Assembly: GCA_965248265.1 (NCBI GenBank)
Contig: CBDFJF010000002.1
Coordinates: 2,048,001 to 2,112,000 of the forward strand
Length of the DNA stretch: 64,000 nt
Reading direction: 5' to 3'
DNA from: Candidatus Latescibacterota bacterium
Lineage (GTDB): Bacteria > Latescibacterota > UBA2968 > UBA8231
A model generated the notes under the pieces. The model made no database searches. It worked only from the letters and a program-made list of their open reading frames with translations, and was not told the DNA's origin. Shown here piece after piece: positions 25,336-35,950 of the stretch. Position 1 is the stretch's first letter, and each line of letters begins with the position of its first letter. The translations under genes were made by a program, and so were the position numbers.

Positions 25336-28011
25336 TTGACAGCACTGCCCACGCCCAGATCACTCAGCCGCCTTTGCCGTCAGGCACTACCGAAAATACT
25401 GGCGACTGCCGACGGCCGGCTGATGCGAGCGAACGTCGCCCGCATCGCCGAGACGGACCGCTGGAATTCATTCGATCGCTTTCAGGAGACCACACAGACG
25501 CTGTCCGAGTTGTACGAACGAGCGGGCGCCCGAGCCGAGGTGACACCGATCCAGACCGGGAGAAACCTGGGTGACGGTCACTGGGTGATTCAGGAGGCCC
25601 AGGATATCAAGGCGGCGGTTGCCGATGTGGTGAGTCCGGTACGCGAGCGGATCCTTGATTACCGGGATAATCCCTGGCACGTCGTACAGTGGACGGCGGC
25701 AACACCCCGGCGAGGTCTGCGTTGCTCCCTCGTGATTGTCGACGATGAACAGGAGTTGGATCGATTGCCCGCGGGTGGCCTCAAGGGCGCGGCAGTCCTG
25801 ACGCAACTGGATATCCGCGGTGTGATGGCGAAACTGGACCGAGCAGGTGCGGTAGCCGCGATCAGCGATCAGGCGGTACCCAACAACCCTGATGGGGTGG
25901 TGTGGACGAAATTCGGATGGGGCGCGGTGCCCATGGCCCATGCGAGGGCTAACCTGGTCGGATTGGTACTCTCTCAGCGACAGGGTCAAAGGCTACGCCG
26001 ATTACAAAATCGCCACGGTCAGCTCACCCTGCATCTGAAGGTAGATGCGCCGAAGTACGTGGGGTCCCACGACGTCGTTTGCGGTGTGGTGGAAGGCGAG
26101 CAGGATCCTCAGGATGAAGTCTGGGCGTTCGCCCACAGCGCCGAGCCTGGTGCTCTCGACAACGCTTCGGGCTGTGCCCTCACGATTGAGGTCGCGCGTG
26201 TTCTGGAAAGGTTGATCGCTTCCGGTGCGCTACCACGACCGCGCCGTTCAATCAGGTTGGTGAATGGCTATGAGTGTTACGGGCTCTTCGCTTACCTGGA
26301 GCGCGTCAAGCGGATGCAGCCTCCGCTGGCCGGCGTCAACGTCGACACGGTCGGTTCCAAAGCGGCCGTATGCAACGGTCGCCTCGAATGGCACGCCACG
26401 ATTCCGATGTCGGCCGGGTTCGTCGATTGGATCGGCGAAAAGATTTTGCGCTCGACGTTGCGACAGGATGGGCGGTCCGGTTACCGCCTGAGCCTGGAAA
26501 ACTTCATGCAGACATCCGACACCCTGATCGGAGATCCACAGTACGGATTTCCCTGTCCCTGGATCACGACGCATCATCACAAGCCTGGCATCGGATTCGA
26601 CGCCTATCACTCATCCGCTGACACGATGGCTATGGTGAGTGTGCCGGGCTTGAAGACCTGCGCCAGTGCAATGGCTGCCTATCTCTACTACCTGGCGCAG
26701 GCCGACAGCGATGATGTTGCTGCCATAGCCAGCGTCGAGGCGGAGCGCCTGGCGCGACACGCGGGAGGCCGTAGACGTCTCAAGCCTGCGGAAGCGACCT
26801 ATGTCCGCGATGCCATGGATGTCAGCCTGCGCCAACTGCGCCGGTGGTCGTGGGGTGGAGATCGAACCCAGATCGAGAGGCACCTGGCGGACTGCCAGGC
26901 TCAGGTGACCACCGCTGTGAGAGCCGCCACCGCTTCGCGGGCAACTCCTCGAAGTAGACTTTCGCAGGGGCGGCGCATCCCTCGTCGAACGGCATTACTG
27001 ACACCGACCGGGGACAACTGCCCGCCGCCGATCAGCAGACGCATCGATGGGTCTGGATTGCAGCGCTGGGCTCTGTACTGGGCGGACGGCAAGCGCTCGC
27101 TGGCTCAGATCCAGCAGGCCATTTCAGTAGAAGAGAGTGGCTTTCTGAGCCCGCTGGGCAAGACCGGAGACGTGGAAGTAGAGCTGCAAAACGTCATCGA
27201 CTACTTCGAGGCTCATGCAGAACTGGGCTATATCGAGCTGCCGGACGTTGAGAGTGTGATAACGAAGCGCCAGCTCATCGCCGATCTGCGACGTCTGGGC
27301 TTGCGCGAGGGTATGGACGTGATGGTCCACAGCTCTCTCTCCAGCCTCGGTGCCGTGAGCGGGGGAGCCGATACGGTCGTCGACGCCTTGCTGGCAGTGG
27401 TGGGGCGTTCGGGCACCCTGCTGATGCCCTCCTTCAACCACAAAACCGCACAGGTCTACAACCCGATGACGACACCGACGAAGAACGGGGCCATACCGGA
27501 CGCCATGTGGCGCCGCCCACGCGCCGTGCGCAGCATGCACCCGACGCACGCGGTGGCTGCCATCGGCGCGCGGGCAGTGGAATACTGTCGTGACCATCTC
27601 GAGATCGGCATCTGGGCGCCGGAGAGTCCGATCGGCAAGCTAGTTCACGACGGAGGCTACCTGCTGGCTCTGGGCGTTAACCACGATTCGACGACGGCCT
27701 ACCACGTAGCGGAGATGTCGGTGCCCTGCGGTTGCATCGATCCCTTCGCCAACATCGATCGCGTCGTGCAGCCCGACGGCACCGTCGAGGAGGTGTGGGG
27801 GTTGGGATTTCGGTCAGCAGCCTGTCCGGTTCCGGTCTCACCGAAACTGGATAACGCCCTCAACCGGCGCGGTCTTCAAAAGTGCGGTCGTGTTGGTGAA
27901 GCAGACTGTCAGCTGGTGCTCGCGCAGGATCTGTGGCGAGTAAGGCGAGAGCATCTGCGCGGGGTCTGCCCCACGTGCAAGGTCAAACCAAAGTATCGCG
28001 ACGACACATGA
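25336..28011 (+). CDS. DUF4910/M28-aminopeptidase-like protein fused to an AAC(3)-family N-acetyltransferase
   Basis: TTG after GGAGGAGG. AHSAEPGALDNASG, GYECYG, TSD, AYHSSADT (M28-like). LRRLGLREGMDVMVHSSLSSLG, GTLLMPSF, RSMHPTHAVAAIG, LGVNHDSTTAYHVAE (AAC(3)). Confidence 0.85.
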   Translation: MTALPTPRSLSRLCRQALPKILATADGRLMRANVARIAETDRWNSFDRFQETTQTLSELYERAGARAEVTPIQTGRNLGDGHWVIQEAQDIKAAVADVVSPVRERILDYRDNPWHVVQWTAATPRRGLRCSLVIVDDEQELDRLPAGGLKGAAVLTQLDIRGVMAKLDRAGAVAAISDQAVPNNPDGVVWTKFGWGAVPMAHARANLVGLVLSQRQGQRLRRLQNRHGQLTLHLKVDAPKYVGSHDVVCGVVEGEQDPQDEVWAFAHSAEPGALDNASGCALTIEVARVLERLIASGALPRPRRSIRLVNGYECYGLFAYLERVKRMQPPLAGVNVDTVGSKAAVCNGRLEWHATIPMSAGFVDWIGEKILRSTLRQDGRSGYRLSLENFMQTSDTLIGDPQYGFPCPWITTHHHKPGIGFDAYHSSADTMAMVSVPGLKTCASAMAAYLYYLAQADSDDVAAIASVEAERLARHAGGRRRLKPAEATYVRDAMDVSLRQLRRWSWGGDRTQIERHLADCQAQVTTAVRAATASRATPRSRLSQGRRIPRRTALLTPTGDNCPPPISRRIDGSGLQRWALYWADGKRSLAQIQQAISVEESGFLSPLGKTGDVEVELQNVIDYFEAHAELGYIELPDVESVITKRQLIADLRRLGLREGMDVMVHSSLSSLGAVSGGADTVVDALLAVVGRSGTLLMPSFNHKTAQVYNPMTTPTKNGAIPDAMWRRPRAVRSMHPTHAVAAIGARAVEYCRDHLEIGIWAPESPIGKLVHDGGYLLALGVNHDSTTAYHVAEMSVPCGCIDPFANIDRVVQPDGTVEEVWGLGFRSAACPVPVSPKLDNALNRRGLQKCGRVGEADCQLVLAQDLWRVRREHLRGVCPTCKVKPKYRDDT

Positions 28012-28074
28012 TATTGCACCCGACAACGATCAATCACGTCAACGATCAAATAAGGCCATGGAAACGATGCATTT

Positions 28075-28818
28075 ATGAGTAAGAAGATCCTGATTACTGG
28101 AGCCAACGGCCTGGTGGGGACTGCGCTGCGTCGATTCCTGCACGGTCGCTACAACCTGCGTCTTCTCTTTCACAACACGGTACCAGAGGTTGAGCCCGGG
28201 GTCGAAGTAGTCGTCTCGGATCTATCCGACTTCGAGTGCATGGTCGAGGCAGGGGCCGGAGTCGACGCGATCGTCCACTTGGGGATCGCCACCGGCAAGG
28301 GGGGGCAGCCACGGGCTCGATATAATCAGCTGATACTCGAGACCAATGTGCAGGGTACCTACAACATCTTCGAGTCGGCCCGAATCAATGGTGTTGAGAC
28401 CGTCGTATTCGGGTCCAGCAACGCGGTCACTGGCCTCTACGAACGAGATGGCATTCTGACGACGCCGGACATGCCGGTGCGTCCGCGTGACTTCTACGGA
28501 GTCAGCAAGGTCTTTGGCGAAGCCATGGGTCGCCACTATCACGAGTTATTCGACCTATCCGTCTACTGCATCCGCATCTGCAGTTTCCCCAACACGGACG
28601 AGTGCATGAGCGACTTTGAGCCGGGGATGAACCGCTGGCTCAGCAGCCGGGACGTGGCCGAATTGACCGCCTGCTGCATCGAGGCGCCCCACCCGCAATT
28701 CGGCATCATCTACGGAGTATCGAAGGGGGCGGAAAAGAAATGGGATATCACAAACGCCAAGGAGTTGGTGGGTTGGGAGCCTCAGGACGACGGTATTCGG
28801 AGGAATCGATCAAAGTGA
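28075..28818 (+). CDS. NAD-dependent epimerase/dehydratase (uronate-dehydrogenase-like extended SDR)
   Basis: ILITGANGLVG, GSSNAVTG, YGVSKVFGE, RWLSSRD. Confidence 0.88.
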   Translation: MSKKILITGANGLVGTALRRFLHGRYNLRLLFHNTVPEVEPGVEVVVSDLSDFECMVEAGAGVDAIVHLGIATGKGGQPRARYNQLILETNVQGTYNIFESARINGVETVVFGSSNAVTGLYERDGILTTPDMPVRPRDFYGVSKVFGEAMGRHYHELFDLSVYCIRICSFPNTDECMSDFEPGMNRWLSSRDVAELTACCIEAPHPQFGIIYGVSKGAEKKWDITNAKELVGWEPQDDGIRRNRSK

Positions 28819-30143
28819 CCGACACAGTAAGTGATACCCACCTGGAGGATCTGATCGCCGGCTTACGCCTCGAATGGCCGGAGGAGGGTTTAGAGCAGTT
28901 CACCCAGGGACGTTCCAGGGCTGATGCGATCGATGTGGTAGAGGCTATTGCCACCTGGCTCAACCAGATAAACACGCAGAACCACGACGGTGTGCTGCTG
29001 ACACCCACTCTCGTACGCTTCTTGTCCGATGGGGATGATGTGGATGCACGAATCGCGGAGCTGGACAGGTTGCGCAACGAGACTCGGGAAGGCCGCTTCG
29101 ACCTCACCAACGAACTGCAGCGCGAGCTGGAGTACAACAGATTCAGGTCCGAGTCGAACAGTCAACGGGATTGGCCCAAGGAACCAGCACAGCAGCGAGC
29201 CCTGTTCAAATCCCTCGAGGTTTTGCCGCCACAAGAGAAAGACCGGGTATGCACGCTGTCGGCAGAGGATGCTCACGAGGCCGGGAGAGCTGCACTGGAG
29301 GCCAAGGGTCTGCTGGACTTTTTGCGTGAAGCCCGCTCGAACACGGACCGCCCCATCACCGTGTTCGGCAACGATCGCTACGGCCGCATCTTTCTGGTGG
29401 AGCCGTTGGAACCGTATCTCCCTCCGGCGGAATTCGACCTGCTCTGCGATCGGATCCCCTCGCACTCCTCCATGCGCTTGACCGTGCCTCATCACGTTGA
29501 CCGGTTCCATCGCAGTGGTTTCGCGCCACCGACGATCAAACACCTCAACACCCACATGCCGCACATCGTGGCCGTAGACGTCTGCAGCCCGCGTGCCACT
29601 GAGAGCTACACCAAAATGCCCCGTGGATTGAGGGACTTGGTCAACTGGTTCATGGTCTTCAACTACATCCGCTCTGGGGGAGACCGCAGCCGATACGAGA
29701 AGGAGAGCGGATTGCCCGGCAGCAATCTCGCCGAGCTTGAGAAGTGGTGGCAGTTCGAGGTGGTTCGCCGGCTTATCAGGCAGTGGGTCGACCCCGGCTC
29801 GACTTATTCAATCTCACACTGGGCGCCCGAGCTGATGAAGGAAGTGATCATGGGTGAGCTCGTGGTCCCGGCCAAGCCGGTCGGTTCCTGGGACGAGCCC
29901 CAGGTTGTCGTGGCCAATCCCGGCTTGTATCGCACCGAAGGGGATGATCTGTCGGAGCTGCTGCGGACGACCCACCCCTACCACTTCAATGACCCGGAGA
30001 AGGCAGTCGCCGAGACCATCGTGCCCGGGTTCGGGGATCATGGCTTCGAAACCAGGGTAGACGGCTTCACGACGGATGAGTATGTGCTGGCCATACAGCA
30101 GCACATAGGCGTCGAGCTACGACAATTCGCCGGCGATCCCTGA
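28815..30143 (+). CDS. Hypothetical protein
   Basis: Long ORF with GTGA overlap to the upstream gene and host-like codon use. No family recognised. Confidence 0.7.
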   Translation: MTDTVSDTHLEDLIAGLRLEWPEEGLEQFTQGRSRADAIDVVEAIATWLNQINTQNHDGVLLTPTLVRFLSDGDDVDARIAELDRLRNETREGRFDLTNELQRELEYNRFRSESNSQRDWPKEPAQQRALFKSLEVLPPQEKDRVCTLSAEDAHEAGRAALEAKGLLDFLREARSNTDRPITVFGNDRYGRIFLVEPLEPYLPPAEFDLLCDRIPSHSSMRLTVPHHVDRFHRSGFAPPTIKHLNTHMPHIVAVDVCSPRATESYTKMPRGLRDLVNWFMVFNYIRSGGDRSRYEKESGLPGSNLAELEKWWQFEVVRRLIRQWVDPGSTYSISHWAPELMKEVIMGELVVPAKPVGSWDEPQVVVANPGLYRTEGDDLSELLRTTHPYHFNDPEKAVAETIVPGFGDHGFETRVDGFTTDEYVLAIQQHIGVELRQFAGDP

Positions 30144-30161
30144 GTCAATCCGGGTTCCAGC

Positions 30162-30905
30162 CTACGCCGGTTCGCCGGTGACAAGATTGAACCGGCCCTG
30201 CTCCCTGAAGGTCACCGGCGGGCAGTCAATCTCCTCACCGGATATCATCCTCTCCAGGATACCGGCGACGCCGCTTATGACGGGCTCGATGAGCCTGTTG
30301 CCCTTTTCGGCAGTGCCGAGGGCGGCGGATTCGTTGTCGATGTAATCGCTGTGGACGCGCTTGGGGTCCAACACCAGCATGGTAGAGGTCTCGTACTCGC
30401 CGGCGTGACCCGGCAGCGCTTTTTTCTCCATCACTTCATGAGCAAGCTCGAGATCGTAGACATCCCAGTAGGACTGGAATCTCAGGTTGACCTTCAGTTT
30501 GTCCCTGTACTCGTCCATCCGACGCATGATGGGCTTGGTGTTGCCGCCGTGGCCGTTGAGGATCAGGATGTTTTCGATGCCGGCGCGTACCAACGAATTG
30601 CACACGTCGAACACGTACTCGCAGAAGATCTCAGGGCGGACGGTAAGGGTGCCGATATGACTCATCCAGTGCTCGGACACACCGACCGGAATAGGTGAGG
30701 CCACGACCACCTGAGGATGTAGCCGCTTGGCGGCCTGTTCAGCCATGTAGGTTACATGCAGGGTGTCGTGGATCATCTCGAGGTGTTCGTTGTGCTGCTC
30801 CGTCGCCGCGATCGGTACGATGCCTGCCTTGATGGTACCCTGCTCCATGCGCTCGCGAAATTCCTTGCGCGTGAGATCACCTACAAAAACTCGATCGTCT
30901 GACAT
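30162..30905 (-). CDS. Creatininase/creatinine amidohydrolase family protein
   Basis: PIAATEQHNEHL...D, GVSEHW, LNGHGGN, HAGEYETS. Confidence 0.92.
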   Translation of the reverse strand: MSDDRVFVGDLTRKEFRERMEQGTIKAGIVPIAATEQHNEHLEMIHDTLHVTYMAEQAAKRLHPQVVVASPIPVGVSEHWMSHIGTLTVRPEIFCEYVFDVCNSLVRAGIENILILNGHGGNTKPIMRRMDEYRDKLKVNLRFQSYWDVYDLELAHEVMEKKALPGHAGEYETSTMLVLDPKRVHSDYIDNESAALGTAEKGNRLIEPVISGVAGILERMISGEEIDCPPVTFREQGRFNLVTGEPA

Positions 30906-30935
30906 TTCCGTCAGCTCCTTTTGGTGGATAAAAGT

Positions 30936-31964
30936 TCATTCGTCGTCTTCAGCGTTCAATGTCATCAACTCGGCGTTGTGGGCGAACAGCGCTGGCGTAC
31001 CACCAGTATTCACGTACACGGCAGTTTGCCCGGCCGTGATTTTCCCGGCTCGAACATGCTCGATCAGTGACAGCATGGTTTTGCCATTGTAGACCGGATC
31101 CAGCACCATGCCGTGATGGCGCGCGACCAACCGAATGGTCTCGGCAATAGGTGCCGTGACCACACCGTAGCCAGATTCCACGTGATCGTCAACGAGGTCG
31201 AAGTCGTCGCGCTCCACCGCAGTCGACAGTCCGATCAGCTCGGCCGCACGGCCTGCGTAGTCGAGAATGGGCTCGACGAGTTCCTCTGTCCTGGACTCGG
31301 CGGAAACTCCGACGACGCGAGAGCGACACCCAAGATGTTTGAGTCCCAGTACCAGACCGGCCATCGTCATGCCGGCGCCAACGGTGACATAGACGAGATC
31401 GGGTTCCAGAGCCTGCTCGCGAAACTGTTTCACCAGTTCCTCCGCGGCTGTCACGTAGGCGGCTGTGGCCGCCGCACCGTAAGAGAGGCGCCGGTCCATG
31501 ACCGCGACCGTGCGTCCATCGCGCTCGAGTTGTTCCTGCAGACTCTGTTGCGCCTCCAGGACGCTTGCGCCGGACCATCGACTACCCAAGTACCGCACGT
31601 CGGCGCCTAGAAGGTGGAACAGTAGCAGGTTTCCCTGTTCCGATTCGGAGGACGGCGGGTCGTCCTGCAGTAGCAGCACGGCGCGCAGGCCCAGGCGGCT
31701 GGCCGCCGCCGCGATTTCCCGCAGCTTGTTCGATTGGGCCGAGGCGGAGCCGATGACCGTGTCACAGCCGCGCTCCACGACATCGCCCATGGCGTACTCC
31801 ATCACGCGGACTTTGTTACCGCCAGAGCACAACCCGCACACATCATCTCGCTTGATGAACAATCGCGGTCCATCGATGGCGACCGACAGCCGCGGGGCTT
31901 CTTCCAGGGGGGTCGGGAATTCGGTCAGGGGAATACGCGGTAGCTGACTACACAGATTACCCAT
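30936..31964 (-). CDS. D-cysteine desulfhydrase/ACC deaminase family PLP enzyme
   Basis: FPTPLE, IKRDD...GGNKVR, QSN, LDPVYNGK, NTGG. Confidence 0.9.
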   Translation of the reverse strand: MGNLCSQLPRIPLTEFPTPLEEAPRLSVAIDGPRLFIKRDDVCGLCSGGNKVRVMEYAMGDVVERGCDTVIGSASAQSNKLREIAAAASRLGLRAVLLLQDDPPSSESEQGNLLLFHLLGADVRYLGSRWSGASVLEAQQSLQEQLERDGRTVAVMDRRLSYGAAATAAYVTAAEELVKQFREQALEPDLVYVTVGAGMTMAGLVLGLKHLGCRSRVVGVSAESRTEELVEPILDYAGRAAELIGLSTAVERDDFDLVDDHVESGYGVVTAPIAETIRLVARHHGMVLDPVYNGKTMLSLIEHVRAGKITAGQTAVYVNTGGTPALFAHNAELMTLNAEDDE

Positions 31965-33039
31965 GTTGCTCCCGCAGGCGTCGGCAGGCCTCGGCTTCGT
32001 TACAAAGCTTCTGGTAAGGCTCCTCCAACGGCATGTCGATGGCGATTCCGGGGGCAAAGCCGCAGTCGGGGTTCAGGCTCAAGCGCTCCGGGGCAACGTA
32101 CTCCAGTGCTTTCTGTGCCCGCGCGACGATCTCTTCAGTGGTGTCGATCTTCTCGAAGCGGCATTCGACGGCGCCGAGGCCGATGAGCTTGTCCTCGGGA
32201 AGCTGCTGGAGAATGGCGATGTCACCGACGACGGGGATACTGAATTCCATTACGTACTGATCGACGTTGATCTTCTTCATGGTCTCGATGATCGGGTCGT
32301 AGCCGCCCTCGGCGCCCCATCCCTTCCGACCCCAGTTGCGGCGGCACAAGTGAAGGGCCGTCTGCACATTGTCGATGCCGTCGACGAGCTGGTTGATCTT
32401 GTCCGCGGCCAGGTCCATTTCGTACTGGGGATCGTCAAAGGAGTCCCGGTAGGAAGGGTCCACAAGGACGCACAAGTGAGGCTCATCTATCTGTACGATG
32501 GTCACGCCCGTATCCTGCAGGGCCAACAGCTCATCGCGCAGGATCGGCACCAGAGCATCGATGAATTGGTCGCGTGTCGGGTAGGCCTTCGAGGAGACTT
32601 CCTCTTCCCACAGACGCACACCGAGTAGATAGGGCGAGGGTATGCAGACCTTGGTCATGCGGTCGGTGGCCTCAACCAGGAAGCGGGCCTCCTCGGCGAT
32701 GAGTCCTGGTTTCACCACCTCCATCGGTTCCGTGATCGAAATGCCCCACCGGTGCGGCTTTTCCCGCAGGTCAGCGGCATAGCCGGTAGCGATGTCGGCG
32801 ACGATGTGGGTATAGGCGTGCCGGCGCCATTCGCCATCACTGACGACATCAAGGCCGGCCAACTCCTGCATGGCGATGGCGTAGCGGACGGCGGCGTCCA
32901 TCTGCGGCGAGCGCGCCGCCTCCGCCGATTCAGGGCCAGGCGTCTGCGGCAGCATGTCCGTGACCATCAGGGGTCTGGGAAGGCTGCCGACAACGCTGGA
33001 AGCGAACATGGTTTTGGCGAATCGCCGCGATATTGTCAT
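31957..33039 (-). CDS. Cobalamin-independent methionine synthase II family protein
   Basis: VVGSLPRP, QELAGLDVVSDGEWRR, QIDEP, HLCRRN, LNPDCGF. Confidence 0.9.
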   Translation of the reverse strand: MTISRRFAKTMFASSVVGSLPRPLMVTDMLPQTPGPESAEAARSPQMDAAVRYAIAMQELAGLDVVSDGEWRRHAYTHIVADIATGYAADLREKPHRWGISITEPMEVVKPGLIAEEARFLVEATDRMTKVCIPSPYLLGVRLWEEEVSSKAYPTRDQFIDALVPILRDELLALQDTGVTIVQIDEPHLCVLVDPSYRDSFDDPQYEMDLAADKINQLVDGIDNVQTALHLCRRNWGRKGWGAEGGYDPIIETMKKINVDQYVMEFSIPVVGDIAILQQLPEDKLIGLGAVECRFEKIDTTEEIVARAQKALEYVAPERLSLNPDCGFAPGIAIDMPLEEPYQKLCNEAEACRRLREQHG

Positions 33040-33061
33040 TTCGTATTCTCCATTTCTTCCT

Positions 33062-33736
33062 TTACTCGAACAGGAACGACTCGAAAAAAGAAAGCTGATG
33101 AAAGCTCGGTTTGGGTGTGTCGACCGGGGCCCATGACCCCCAATGCGGGTGCGAAGTGAGGTCGCCGCACTTATAGACATTTCCCTTCCAAGTGGTTCCG
33201 GAGACCGGTTTCTCACAGTCAAAGTAGGAAACGAAGAGGGCGAGGGGGACGTGGTACTCGAGGGTCCAGGTGGTAGGGTCGGTGATCTCGGGTTCAACGA
33301 TCTGCGGCATCGAATGAGCGACTATGATGGTGGCGCCGTCGGCCTCGCTGACATCGACGTCTTCTTTTCCCGCCTGACGTTCCTCTGGCGAGGGAACACG
33401 CATCAGGAGCATCGTGCCGCCGCAGTTGAGTTCGAAGTTGAAAAACGCCTGTGAACCGGGAACGGGAGAGACGAAAAACTCGACGCAACTGTCACTGCAG
33501 ACACTGTCCTGAAATTTGCGCGCCACCGCGCGCACGTACTGGTCTTCAACGCGGAAGCTGACTCCGAGAAACTCATCGTCGTAGACGAAACGAGCCTGCG
33601 TAACCGGCCGATGGCCTGAGTCGGACCACGAAAAGTTGGTGACCTCAAGGGTTTCCGCCTGTTGCCACACGGGGCTGTCCCAGTCGGCGGTCGGTGATCC
33701 CAGTGGCTGGAGCGCTCTGGCTATCGTGTACTGCAT
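33062..33736 (-). CDS. Carbohydrate-binding family 9-like (DOMON-like) protein
   Basis: VCSDSCVEFF, FNFELNCGG, WKGNVYKCGD...PHWGSW...FH. Confidence 0.82.
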   Translation of the reverse strand: MQYTIARALQPLGSPTADWDSPVWQQAETLEVTNFSWSDSGHRPVTQARFVYDDEFLGVSFRVEDQYVRAVARKFQDSVCSDSCVEFFVSPVPGSQAFFNFELNCGGTMLLMRVPSPEERQAGKEDVDVSEADGATIIVAHSMPQIVEPEITDPTTWTLEYHVPLALFVSYFDCEKPVSGTTWKGNVYKCGDLTSHPHWGSWAPVDTPKPSFHQLSFFESFLFE

Positions 33737-33941
33737 CGGTGATGCTCCTATGTCAATGAGGGATTCCTTTGAGATGCGAGCATGGAGCGGGGCAAGCGAT
33801 AGGGAATAGGCACCTTCAGTGTGTGTCGGTCAAGGGCGCTGGGGTCCGTCAATCCTTGACTGGGCAAGCGAAAACACGTCTTTATCGCCCAGGCACGGAG
33901 GCCAGAACCACTCAGATCTGAAACCACCGGAGACCGATCGC

Positions 33942-34952
33942 ATGGTCAGTGAGAAGATCAACGCATTCCACGACAACGCCCTTGTCATCGATTCCCACAA
34001 CGACACCATCGTCACTCACATGAGGGCCAGGCTAAACCTTGACGGGGGTCCGGTCCGACAGGATGGGGCAGCCATCGTGACACGTTTCGGTCGTTACAGC
34101 GGGGCCGCCCTGCAGCTCGATTTCCCCAAGATGAGGCAATCCGGAATAAACGCGGCTTTCTTCGCCGTCGACGTGACCGGTGCCAAGGGGACCCACCTGC
34201 AGTACGCCCTGGATGGGCTCGGCTTCTTCTTGCGGGAGGCAGCTTTGTCGACGGAGGATATCGTCATCGTTCGTTGTGCCGCTGACATCACCCGCGCGCA
34301 GGCAGAAGACAGGCTGGCGGCGGTGTTGGCGATCGAGAACACGGACGGCTTGGATCAGAGTATCTACCCCCTGTCCGCTTTTTACGAGTTAGGTGTGCGT
34401 ACGCTGACGGTCACACACAGCACGCGATCGTGGGCGGCGGACGGATGTGAGGTCGAGAATGGTGGTGGGCTTACCGGTTTTGGCAAGAGCGTGATTGCAG
34501 AGATGAACCGGCTGGGCATGCTGGTGGATGTATCGCATCTCAACGACCGCGGGTTCTGGGACATCCTCGAACACTCAACCGCTCCGGTGATGGCGACACA
34601 CAGCTGCTGCCGGGCGCTGTGCGGCCATGTGCGCAATCTAACGGATGAGCAACTCGTGGAGTTGGCCGGATCGGGCGGTGTGGTGGCCCTTACGTTTGTG
34701 CCCGAGTTCATCCATGACTCGGCTCCGACCATCGACGGGTTGATCGATCACATCGAGCACGCGATCCAACACGCCGGGATAGACCACGTGGCGCTGGGCT
34801 CGGATTTCGATGGAGGCGGCACCCTGGTCGAGGATGCTCTCGTTTACCCGCAGATCACCGAGCTGCTCTCGCAACGCGGACTCTCTGACGGCGATCTGGC
34901 CAAGGTACTGGGTGCCAATCACCTGCGCATCCTGACTCAGGTAATCGGCTGA
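33942..34952 (+). CDS. Membrane dipeptidase (peptidase M19) family
   Basis: IDSHND, AIEN, GLTGFG...EMNRLGMLVDVSHL, THS, RNLTDEQ, GSDFDG. Confidence 0.93.
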   Translation: MVSEKINAFHDNALVIDSHNDTIVTHMRARLNLDGGPVRQDGAAIVTRFGRYSGAALQLDFPKMRQSGINAAFFAVDVTGAKGTHLQYALDGLGFFLREAALSTEDIVIVRCAADITRAQAEDRLAAVLAIENTDGLDQSIYPLSAFYELGVRTLTVTHSTRSWAADGCEVENGGGLTGFGKSVIAEMNRLGMLVDVSHLNDRGFWDILEHSTAPVMATHSCCRALCGHVRNLTDEQLVELAGSGGVVALTFVPEFIHDSAPTIDGLIDHIEHAIQHAGIDHVALGSDFDGGGTLVEDALVYPQITELLSQRGLSDGDLAKVLGANHLRILTQVIG

Positions 34953-34970
34953 CCCGAACGGAGGCGAGAC

Positions 34971-35933
34971 TTGGCCAACGATGACAAGTGGACGTTCCTG
35001 CACGTCAACGACAGCCATATGGGCACCCCGCGCTCGTATCGCTATCGCCCGGCGGTCAATCGGCGCTGGGCCGCGATCAAGCGGCAGATGACTGCCATCG
35101 ACGCGGACTTGCTGTTGCATGGAGGCGATCTGACTCGCGACGGCGATACTCACGAGTACGAATACCAGATGGCTCGGGATGACCTCGACACCTTGCCGTT
35201 TCCGAGTTTCGTCATCCCCGGAAACATGGATGTAGGCAACAAGAGAGTGAGTACAGCGGGGCCGATGGAAGACCGTGACCATCGCGATATCGGATTGAAT
35301 ACACCGCGGCTTAACTTGTTTTCCTCTTATTTCGGACCCATCAACTGGACCTTCATGCATCGTCATGTGCGTTTCACCGGCATGCACGCCGCCGTCGCCG
35401 GCAGTGGACTACCGCATGAGGAGCGCATGTGGCGAATGCTGGAGAGACTGCCTGAGCTGCCCAAGGCGCGTCACCACGTGGCGGTCATGCACTACTGGCC
35501 ATTCATGGAACACGCGGATGAACCGGCCTGGGACATGACGAAGGAGGATGAGTATATCAACTGGTATTTCAGCATCGATCCGCCCCATCGGCAACGTTTG
35601 CTGGGCCTTTTCAGGGCCGCTGGCGTGGAGATCCTGTTCTGCGGTCACGTGCACACGGGTCGCCCGGTCCAGGTCGTGGACGGGTTGCGGCTGTATCGCA
35701 CTTCGGCCGGCGGCAACACGTCGCAGTTGCAGGAGCGCTGGCCGGATGCGGAAACGCGGCAGGGTTTTCACCGCTGCGATGTCAGCGCCACAGGAATCGA
35801 AGTCACCTATGTTCCCGGCGATGATCAGTGCGACGAGTTCGACGCCTACGGCCCGATGGGGCACCCTCGGGTCGAGGACCGGGACTACTCCGTGGCTCCG
35901 GAGCAGCCCCCGCTACAGCCGGATCCACATTAG
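34971..35933 (+). CDS. Calcineurin-like metallophosphoesterase
   Basis: DSH, GGDLT, PGNMD, GHVH motifs. Confidence 0.88.
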   Translation: MANDDKWTFLHVNDSHMGTPRSYRYRPAVNRRWAAIKRQMTAIDADLLLHGGDLTRDGDTHEYEYQMARDDLDTLPFPSFVIPGNMDVGNKRVSTAGPMEDRDHRDIGLNTPRLNLFSSYFGPINWTFMHRHVRFTGMHAAVAGSGLPHEERMWRMLERLPELPKARHHVAVMHYWPFMEHADEPAWDMTKEDEYINWYFSIDPPHRQRLLGLFRAAGVEILFCGHVHTGRPVQVVDGLRLYRTSAGGNTSQLQERWPDAETRQGFHRCDVSATGIEVTYVPGDDQCDEFDAYGPMGHPRVEDRDYSVAPEQPPLQPDPH

Positions 35934-35950
35934 CAAGGAACGCACACACT

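Noticed and set aside
27250-28011. Bona fide aminoglycoside resistance gene
   Set aside because: The AAC(3)-like domain is fused to a peptidase-like domain within a metabolic cluster and has no mobile context. The substrate is unknown.
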